DNA from: a virus
DNA: 64,000 bases
IMG/VR virus record: IMGVR_UViG_3300027519_000001
Direction: 5' to 3' (one strand)
In this document: positions 10,586-17,811 of the stretch, one piece after another
Position numbering within the stretch: position 1 is the stretch's first letter
How the letters are laid out: each line of letters starts with the position of its first letter
Program-made: the position numbers and the translations under genes
Notes under the pieces: generated by a model
What the model was told of the DNA's origin: nothing
What the model saw: only the letters and a program-made list of their open reading frames with translations
Databases searched by the model: none

Positions 10586-12097
10586 ATGGCACAAGAAGCT
10601 AGCATTAAAAGTCTTGTACCTAGCAAGAATAAAGAGGGAACTAGTTTAAAGACTGATTCCCTAAAAAGTTTAGAATACAGTTCAGAACAACCTGTTAGCG
10701 AAAGAGCTATTGCCCAAATCGGATTCAATAAGAGAACAGGCACACTCAACTTTATCAGACATAATGGTGAAGCTGTAGAAGTGTCTGGATTCTTAACACT
10801 TGGTCAGATGGGTGAGGGACCTCGTGGAGAAAAAGGCCCTAATGGTAAGAAAGGACGCGATGGTAGGGTCGGTCGTGATGGTAAAAAAGGAAAGACTGGA
10901 TGTGAAGGACCGATTGGACCTACTGGTGAATCTGGAAATAAAGGTCTAGATGGTAACGATGGTGAAACTGGTATTACTGGATATACAGGATGTCCCGGTC
11001 CTATTGGATTGCGTGGAGACACTGGTGAAGATGGTGACGTTGGTAACATGGGGCCTGTTGGACCTGCTGGACCTAGCTGTATAGTTGGTGAGCGTGGTAT
11101 TCAAGGAATTAAACCAGCGGAAACAGTATACTATGGAGAAAACGCACCAGACTCGAACTACTTTCTTTGGGCACGACCTAGTGGTACTGCTCTTCCATCC
11201 CCTATAGTAGAAGCTGAACCAATGTCAGGACAAGTAACAGATGTTAGTGTTAGACTAGCACATGTTACTGATGATTCTTACGGCGGTAACGCTATTCTTT
11301 CATTGACTAACTTTGAAGGTGGAATAGGCCCTTTCAGTTACAAGTGGATTGATACGGATAGTAGTATACGCGAAGCTGGAATTTCTATTGATGGTTCTTC
11401 TACTTCACGTTCATTAAAGATTGCTGCATTACGTACTATTCAACCTCAACAAAGCTACAACTTTTCAGGTAAGATGGAACTTGTTATTACCGATAAAGGA
11501 GATAACAATAAACGTCTGTCTATCAAAAATATTCGTTTCTCTTTCTCTGGTTATAATAGTCGTGACAACGAAGAAGAGACAGAGCCTGGTGGTCCTGTAA
11601 TAGTTGGCGGTGGTGGTTGCGTTCATGAAGATACACCAATTCTTATGTGGGATGGTAGTACTAAACGTGCCAAGTACGTCAAAGTAGGCGATACGTTACA
11701 GTCTTTTACTTCGGTAGGAATGCTAGACGAAGACGAGAGCGACTGGAAAGAGTGGAAGACTACAGAATTCAAGAATCCTAAGATTGTACCTACTACAGCG
11801 CGTGTTGCTTATAACGCTAGCTATGTGCAGTACTGGAAGATTAACAATGACGTATGTATTACGCAAGACCACCCTGTTCTGGTTAGAAAAAATCAGCAGT
11901 GGGGTTGGTATGATGTTACGGAAGTTTCAGTTGGTGACTTCCTTAAAGGTACAGACGGAGTTATTGAAATCAAGTCTATCGATCACATTAAAGAAAATCT
12001 CAATGTTGTCGTACTAGATGTTGAACCGTATGATAACTACTTTGCCGGACATGAGCCTATTGTTGTCCATAACACAACACAGACGGTTAAGCACTAA
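10586..12097 (+). CDS. collagen-like fibre protein with PKD-like domain and C-terminal Hint autoprocessing domain (503 aa)
   Basis: 29+3 GXY triplets. FSYKW...ELVITDKGDN is PKD-like. GGGGC followed by Hint blocks that end VVHN. Confidence 0.85.
   Translation: MAQEASIKSLVPSKNKEGTSLKTDSLKSLEYSSEQPVSERAIAQIGFNKRTGTLNFIRHNGEAVEVSGFLTLGQMGEGPRGEKGPNGKKGRDGRVGRDGKKGKTGCEGPIGPTGESGNKGLDGNDGETGITGYTGCPGPIGLRGDTGEDGDVGNMGPVGPAGPSCIVGERGIQGIKPAETVYYGENAPDSNYFLWARPSGTALPSPIVEAEPMSGQVTDVSVRLAHVTDDSYGGNAILSLTNFEGGIGPFSYKWIDTDSSIREAGISIDGSSTSRSLKIAALRTIQPQQSYNFSGKMELVITDKGDNNKRLSIKNIRFSFSGYNSRDNEEETEPGGPVIVGGGGCVHEDTPILMWDGSTKRAKYVKVGDTLQSFTSVGMLDEDESDWKEWKTTEFKNPKIVPTTARVAYNASYVQYWKINNDVCITQDHPVLVRKNQQWGWYDVTEVSVGDFLKGTDGVIEIKSIDHIKENLNVVVLDVEPYDNYFAGHEPIVVHNTTQTVKH
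10817..11113 (+). repeat. collagen-like GXY tract (29 uninterrupted triplets, then CIV, then 3 more)
   Basis: Gly at every third residue from G78 to S164. There are two G-C-x-G-P triplets. Confidence 0.95.
11618..12073 (+). other. Hint (intein/Hedgehog/BIL-type) domain
   Basis: Cys345 (tgc 11618-11620) follows GGGG. CVHEDTPILMWDG (block A), ITQDHP (TxxH, block B), VVLDVEPYDNYFAG (block F), IVVHN (block G), then Thr. Only 7 aa follow. Confidence 0.8.
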
Positions 12098-12558
12098 TGA
12101 TTAAGCAAAGGATTACTACAGGAACAGATACTCTTCAAAGTAAGAATACACAAGATGTATTCGTAGGCGATCAGATTACTGCATTAAGAATAGGTGCTAT
12201 GCCTAGTTCTAGATTTGGCAATCAAGAGTTCGCTATGGCGTGGGTTACAAAAGACGTTCAAGGAAAAGTGATTGAAGGCACTGTTATAGACCGCGAAATA
12301 TTTATACGCAGTGGATACTATAAAATAAACTTGATGCACTTTGTAGCCGACCAACCCATTTTAATCAAGCGTACTGATTTTTGGGAATGGAAGAAGCCTC
12401 CACAAATTCAAAAAGGCGATGTTATGTTTGGACACTCTACGCAATTTAAAGTAGAGACAATTTCTTTTATAGAAGTTAGTGTACAGACATTTGAATTAAA
12501 GGTTGATATGTGCGATACATATTTTCTAAACGGCATTTTAGTACATAACAGGGTTTAA
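12097..12558 (+). CDS. free-standing degenerate Hint-like protein (153 aa)
   Basis: It aligns by eye with both Hint domains: VGDQITAL; YYKINLMHFVADQPILIKRTDFWEW against YWKINNDVCITQDHPVLVRKNQQWGW; and LKVDMCDTYFLNGILVHN. It lacks Cys1, and TxxH is replaced by ADQP. TAATG overlap with the upstream gene. Confidence 0.65.
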   Translation: MIKQRITTGTDTLQSKNTQDVFVGDQITALRIGAMPSSRFGNQEFAMAWVTKDVQGKVIEGTVIDREIFIRSGYYKINLMHFVADQPILIKRTDFWEWKKPPQIQKGDVMFGHSTQFKVETISFIEVSVQTFELKVDMCDTYFLNGILVHNRV

Positions 12559-12560
12559 TT

Positions 12561-13196
12561 ATGCTTACAAAAATTCCTGTAACTATGGTACGATCATCAG
12601 GTGACGAAGGCAGTAGTGTAGTTGTCAAAAACGGAAAGCTTGCTACGTCTAGCGAAGCAGTCGATACCACCAGCGAAATCGAAGCTGGATTCTATGACCA
12701 AGGAAGCGGCATTCTTACACTAACTTTTGCTAGCGGTAATGAGATTGCTATTACTGGTTTTCCGACATTTGATAGCATTCCTCAGGGTCAACAAGGGCCT
12801 CAGGGAGAAGCTGGTGAAGATGGTCGTGATGGACGCGATGGTAAAGACGGCGAAGTTGGTGACGAAGGCTGTGTTGGACCTATTGGACCTACAGGCCCTC
12901 GTGGAGAAGATGGACAAAATGGTCGTGATGGACAAGTTGGACTTCCCGGTCCTGCTGGATGTGCTGGACCTATGGGCCCTCGTGGACTACAAGGAAAGAA
13001 AGGTGAGCGTGGTGATGTAGGCCCAACTGGACCTACTGGTGCTACAGGTCCTACGGGCCCACGTGGAGAGCAAGGCCCTGCTGGAAACATCAACATAGTT
13101 ATTAGTAGTACAGACCCTGGCTCTAGCATAGGACCTGGCTCTATTTGGGTAAATCCAGATATAGGTCAGTACGATGATGACTTAGACCAATTTTAA
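12561..13196 (+). CDS. collagen-like fibre protein (211 aa)
   Basis: 33 GXY triplets. It shares the N-terminal module FYDQGSGILTLTF..ITGFPT and the C-terminal DPGSSIGPGSIWVNP motif. Confidence 0.85.
   Translation: MLTKIPVTMVRSSGDEGSSVVVKNGKLATSSEAVDTTSEIEAGFYDQGSGILTLTFASGNEIAITGFPTFDSIPQGQQGPQGEAGEDGRDGRDGKDGEVGDEGCVGPIGPTGPRGEDGQNGRDGQVGLPGPAGCAGPMGPRGLQGKKGERGDVGPTGPTGATGPTGPRGEQGPAGNINIVISSTDPGSSIGPGSIWVNPDIGQYDDDLDQF
12786..13082 (+). repeat. collagen-like GXY tract (33 triplets)
   Basis: G76 to A174, with Gly at every third residue. Confidence 0.95.
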
Positions 13197-13208
13197 GAGA
13201 GACTTATT

Positions 13209-13703
13209 ATGGCTATTACAAAAGCTAGCTTGAACATGATTAGTGGTGGTTCTACTGTAGGTAACGTAGAATCTTCGGGTAGAGGTTTGTCTATTGTAGC
13301 AGATGATGAAGTAGCAGACACGTTAGAAGGCTACTATGATAATACGTCTGGTACTCTTACTCTAAGCATCCCAGGTTATCCAGTTCTACGTATAAATAAC
13401 TTCATGACGCAAAGTGATGTTGGTACTGGTAAAGAGGGACCGCAAGGTGTTTCTGGTAACGCTGGTATTAATGGACTTCTTGGCGAAAATGGATTGCGCG
13501 GTGAGCGTGGATGCAGAGGTCCTCGTGGCCCAGTTGGAGAACGTGGTGTTCGTGGTGCGCAAGGAAAGCAAGGGGAACAGGGACCTATTGGTGCTACTGG
13601 ACCTCAAGGCGAACATGGATTAGATGGTAAAGTAAGTATCTATATAACTACAGAAGACCCAGGTCCTGTTGGTGCTGGTGCTTTATGGATTAAACCTCGT
13701 TAA
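13209..13703 (+). CDS. collagen-like fibre protein (164 aa)
   Basis: About 22 GXY triplets. N-terminal YYDNTSGTLTLSI module and C-terminal EDPGPVGAGALWIKP. Confidence 0.85.
   Translation: MAITKASLNMISGGSTVGNVESSGRGLSIVADDEVADTLEGYYDNTSGTLTLSIPGYPVLRINNFMTQSDVGTGKEGPQGVSGNAGINGLLGENGLRGERGCRGPRGPVGERGVRGAQGKQGEQGPIGATGPQGEHGLDGKVSIYITTEDPGPVGAGALWIKPR
13428..13634 (+). repeat. collagen-like GXY tract (about 22-23 triplets)
   Basis: Periodic Gly from G74 to about V142. Confidence 0.9.
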
Positions 13704-13712
13704 GGTAGTGCT

Positions 13713-16700
13713 ATGACAACTACAAGACTAACAGTTCGTAATGCACAAGATAATGGTTGGCTCGACCAATGCAGCAGCGAGTTCTATTTCCGTGACGGGT
13801 TTAATAGTACGTGGATACGTTTTTATCCAGACCAAACACAAGTAAGAGATAGCGGAAACAACACTTGGATGCAGGTGGACTGTACTTTTGACGATGTACT
13901 AGACGACCCGTGTGCGAACCTAGCTATGCTTACTTCTCTTACTTGTTCTAACTCTATTCCAATTACAGAAGCAGGTTCTGGTGATGGTAGTGGTAGCGGT
14001 GGAAACGAGTTTGATATACTACGTGGATATCCAGAAGGCTACGACTTACCAGACGCAGGTCAAGCAGGCTTTGGACTAGAGAGAGCTTATGGTACGTATG
14101 AAGGGCAAGTTATCAACAGACCTGGAATCGAAAACACAAAAGAAACGTACACTAAGCCGGGCACTAATTCGTTCCTTGGAAGAGGTAGCTATGAAAATCC
14201 TAGTTATCTATCCACTCATACATTTTCTAATGGAAGTGCTATCACTGAAACAATTTATGAGTTAGGTGACAGAGGTGGTATATTTGAAATTCTTTATGCT
14301 TGTTACCATGAACAAGGTATCTCTATCGATGTATACTATCTTGGTGCGTTAATTGCTTCCACATGTGGCAGAGTTACGGGTAGAGGAAAACTAGAGTTCG
14401 GTCTAGACCCTGCAATTGGTTCTGGTGAAGACAGAGTAATGATACGAGTTCGCGGTGAAGACAAGTGCAGATGGATGTATTCCACTATAGGCCCTAAGTC
14501 ATTTCTTACTCTTCAAGATTTTGAACCCGGCAACAATAGACACTTAGCGCAAGTTCGTACTACTGAGTATATTGGTACTAGCTTGTTTCCAGCACCTGCG
14601 CATAGCCGTGTAACTCCATTCGAGAACAGAATTACAGATGGACAATATTGGGTAGAGTACGTTCACACAGTTGGACTAGTTGACCCTGCTACAGGTCCTT
14701 ATATTCTTCATCTTAATTATGAGACTTGGGAAAATTCAGACTGGGTTGAAGTCTATCACGGCGGTGAACGTATTGCTTCAACTATGGGAAATAAAGACAC
14801 TGACGGATTACTATCTATTGTGTTCGACCCTTGGAGATTTGCAAACGCTGTTCCTGATATCGTAGTTAAAGTAATGGCTAGACAGCGCGAGTACGGAGCA
14901 GATATACTTTCACAAGAGTACATGCTTTACGATCCAAATACTCGTGGATACAAAGAAAATCGTTGGCCGTGTGAAGTACCAGAGTCAGGTATAAATAGTG
15001 CTGGACACCACAGTACAGAAGACCATTATTTAATGAATGACCTCGATAACGGAGTAGCTTCAATTAAAGTTACTGGATATGGAGACTTTACTTATACTGC
15101 TAGCGTATTTAACAAGAAAGGTGAATTGATAACTGCTAAACGTAGCAGAGGTACGACTTTCTTACAGTGGTTCAGACTTGAAGAAGATGTAGGCTATGAA
15201 GACTTGCGAGAAATCAGTGTACGTATCGATTGCCCTATTGACAGCAGTTGGGCTTATTGGGTTGGCTGTTATATTCCTCTCCTAGATGTAGAGATTGATG
15301 ATCAGGAAGTTCCAAACTGTCCTGACGTTCAAATAGCTATCAACAGTATCACAGTAGCGGAAGGTTCTACAGCTAAATTTACAGTAGGTCTTAACTATCC
15401 AATTGACGAAGACTTGTCTTTGAATTACAGAACGGAAGATATGACTGCTAGTAGCGAAGCCGTTGCAGCAGGCGAAGTTAACCCGTACCCTCTTTTCAGA
15501 GATAACAATGATGTATCTTCGGTTGTCTACTCAGATGACGATTTAGGATATACATTGATGTTAGAGGCTGACCCTCATAGACTATACGACATTGACAATT
15601 ACTTACAAACTGCTACTACTCAGAATGCTACTGATGGAAGAAGTGACGTAGACCGCAGCGTATCAACGTATGCCGAACTTAATGACTATCAGAAGATGAT
15701 AGTTAACATGTTGAAGCACCGTCTTGGTTCTTTATCTAATAAAAAGCTTTTAGTGGTAACCCACCAGCGTATTCAATACTATGCAACTCCGTATGACCCT
15801 GATCCAAGGGTGGAAGAGCGAGAGTATGAAATAGTTTACCAAATGTCTACAGTTATGGACTTCTTCACTAAGTCACTGACAAACATTTACGGTATTCAGG
15901 TTGATGTTCATGTAGTTAATGAGTTTGACTCGCATGGTACAGTTAAGCAAGGCAGCTTTACTAATCAAGATGCAACCTATAGCTCGCCTAAAAATATTGT
16001 AGGTAACTATGATATTATTGTATCTGATCAGTTTAGTGAGTGGAGACACCACGTTAAAGAAAATGCAGGAGTAGATACTTCTAATCATTTCTTGAATAAG
16101 ATGTTTAGTCTTGAACAAGGTACTGCTTTTGGTGTTGCTGTAGCTAGAGCAGCTAAAGGTTCTAAACCTATGGTAGTGATTAGCGCAGCAGCTTTCGATA
16201 TCAGTACCGCAGGTAACTACTATAGATTTGCAAATGCTCATGCGAAAGACCTTATAAACTCTTTCAACATAAAAAGTCATGTAGACATATTAGCGTCAGA
16301 TTCTACTATTAGTAGTCCGTCTGGTGCGCGTAGTGTATCTGTTCAGCAAATAAAAGACAAAGCAGGCGATAGCTATCTATTTGAAGACTTGTCTGGGTCG
16401 GGTTCATTTGAAAACCAAAGCGGTGTTAAAAGAATGACAAAGTTCGTTCTTGCTAACACAGGTTCAGATGGAAGCCCTTCTACACCTATAGCTAATGCTG
16501 ACTATCAAGCCAAGACAGGAACTTTAACTATTCCAGCAGGCGCAGGTAGTGGTACTATTAGCGTCAATACTTTTGCGGACAGTGAACGTGACCCGAATGA
16601 GCAATTTAAAGTTATCATCTACGATGCGAGCGTTGGAGCTATAATTCAAGATGAAGGCATTGCTACTATTGTAGAATCTTCTGCCCCTGTTCAAGGAGAT

Positions 16701-17810
16701 ATGAACATTGTGTACACTGGAACTCTTAGAAGTACTGGTACTGCAAAAGTTACTGCAACTAAGTACGCACACCCTGAAACTATTCTAGCTTTCAAGATTA
16801 ACTCTAACAAGTTAGATATGGATTGGGGTTCAGACGGTGACTTGGGTGATGGTGTTCCCGAATACTCAGAAGACAATGGAAAAGTATCTGTATTCACTAT
16901 GTCTAAAACTGCGGATAGTGCTACAAGTGGAGTCGATGACAAAGCAGCAGGTACTAACTGGACTAGTAGACTATTAGCGGAATTTGAATTTGACCCAGCG
17001 CGTTCTTATACCTATAAGTGGAACGTTGTTACAGTTAACAATTCAATTCCAGGCTCACGCGTATCAGTTAAGCCTTACTGTGCCTTTGATGAATCCAAAG
17101 AAACATCGACGGTACATAGTAATGTTTCTAACTACAGCGCTAATAACCAATGCATGAGTATTCAGTTTGAACGTGCGGTTTCTAATTCGAGCTTAGCAGG
17201 AATTGCCAATTTAACAGTAGAGATATTCGTTAAAGACGACTTAGGCAATATACAAAAGTCTTCACCTATAGAAGTGAGCTTGCAGCAAAAAGCACAAGTT
17301 TACTCAGGCGGTGGCGGTGGTGGTTGTATATCTTTTGGAACAATGGTCGTGCTAGAAGATGGAAAGACTATCAACGCTGAAAGACTTAAAGTAGGTGATA
17401 AGGTAGTAGGTGAATACATTCCAAATATGATTGACGAAAACGTCGAAGGCTGGGAAGATTGGACGACTGAATCCGTTAATGGAAGATATCCTGTAGTAAG
17501 TACTGTTAGAGCAGTTAAGCATGATTGGTTCAGAGAGTATTGGGTTATCAACGGTGATGTGGAAATAACTGAACAGCATCATATATTTGTTAAGCGTAAC
17601 GATACTTGGCAATGGATGGACGTTAGGGATATACGTATCGGCGATAAACTTCTTTCTATTTACGAAGATAAAGAGATAGTTGTTGGTACGTTAAACCGAA
17701 TAGACGATCCTATTGATGTAGTGTGCTTAGATGTAGAAGAAAACGACTGCTACTATGTAGGTAAGAATCCTTTCTTGGTGCATAACATTAATTACGAGAG
17801 AGCAAAGTAA
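13713..17810 (+). CDS. giant structural/adhesin-like protein with interrupted Calx-beta, PKD-like domain and C-terminal Hint domain (1365 aa)
   Basis: Calx-beta halves at aa 538-581 and 927-990. YTYKW...LTVEIFVKDDLGN is PKD-like. GGGGGGC is followed by Hint blocks ending LVHN. Confidence 0.8.
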   Translation: MTTTRLTVRNAQDNGWLDQCSSEFYFRDGFNSTWIRFYPDQTQVRDSGNNTWMQVDCTFDDVLDDPCANLAMLTSLTCSNSIPITEAGSGDGSGSGGNEFDILRGYPEGYDLPDAGQAGFGLERAYGTYEGQVINRPGIENTKETYTKPGTNSFLGRGSYENPSYLSTHTFSNGSAITETIYELGDRGGIFEILYACYHEQGISIDVYYLGALIASTCGRVTGRGKLEFGLDPAIGSGEDRVMIRVRGEDKCRWMYSTIGPKSFLTLQDFEPGNNRHLAQVRTTEYIGTSLFPAPAHSRVTPFENRITDGQYWVEYVHTVGLVDPATGPYILHLNYETWENSDWVEVYHGGERIASTMGNKDTDGLLSIVFDPWRFANAVPDIVVKVMARQREYGADILSQEYMLYDPNTRGYKENRWPCEVPESGINSAGHHSTEDHYLMNDLDNGVASIKVTGYGDFTYTASVFNKKGELITAKRSRGTTFLQWFRLEEDVGYEDLREISVRIDCPIDSSWAYWVGCYIPLLDVEIDDQEVPNCPDVQIAINSITVAEGSTAKFTVGLNYPIDEDLSLNYRTEDMTASSEAVAAGEVNPYPLFRDNNDVSSVVYSDDDLGYTLMLEADPHRLYDIDNYLQTATTQNATDGRSDVDRSVSTYAELNDYQKMIVNMLKHRLGSLSNKKLLVVTHQRIQYYATPYDPDPRVEEREYEIVYQMSTVMDFFTKSLTNIYGIQVDVHVVNEFDSHGTVKQGSFTNQDATYSSPKNIVGNYDIIVSDQFSEWRHHVKENAGVDTSNHFLNKMFSLEQGTAFGVAVARAAKGSKPMVVISAAAFDISTAGNYYRFANAHAKDLINSFNIKSHVDILASDSTISSPSGARSVSVQQIKDKAGDSYLFEDLSGSGSFENQSGVKRMTKFVLANTGSDGSPSTPIANADYQAKTGTLTIPAGAGSGTISVNTFADSERDPNEQFKVIIYDASVGAIIQDEGIATIVESSAPVQGDMNIVYTGTLRSTGTAKVTATKYAHPETILAFKINSNKLDMDWGSDGDLGDGVPEYSEDNGKVSVFTMSKTADSATSGVDDKAAGTNWTSRLLAEFEFDPARSYTYKWNVVTVNNSIPGSRVSVKPYCAFDESKETSTVHSNVSNYSANNQCMSIQFERAVSNSSLAGIANLTVEIFVKDDLGNIQKSSPIEVSLQQKAQVYSGGGGGGCISFGTMVVLEDGKTINAERLKVGDKVVGEYIPNMIDENVEGWEDWTTESVNGRYPVVSTVRAVKHDWFREYWVINGDVEITEQHHIFVKRNDTWQWMDVRDIRIGDKLLSIYEDKEIVVGTLNRIDDPIDVVCLDVEENDCYYVGKNPFLVHNINYERAK
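17325..17786 (+). other. Hint (intein/Hedgehog/BIL-type) domain
   Basis: Cys1205 (tgt 17325-17327) follows six Gly. CISFGTMVVLEDG, ITEQHH (TxxH), VVCLDVEENDCYYVG, FLVHN. Seven aa (INYERAK) follow, and the +1 residue is Ile. Confidence 0.8.
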
Positions 17811-17811
17811 T

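Noticed and set aside
10804-11049. 81 aa Pro-rich ORF antisense to the first collagen tract. The same situation occurs at 12800..13129, and same-strand out-of-frame ORFs occur at 12727..13020, 13414..13623 and 21265..21546.
   Set aside because: The mirror image or a frame shift of a GXY-coding repeat automatically stays open. The GXY frame is the one continuous with flanking conserved domains and operon junctions.
11618-12073. Interpreting the Hint domains as canonical mobile inteins interrupting a host protein.
   Set aside because: There is no homing-endonuclease insert, since the domains are only about 150 aa. Only 7 residues follow each HN, so there is no real C-extein to ligate. One copy has Ile at +1. 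C-terminal autoprocessing (BIL/Hedgehog-like) fits better.
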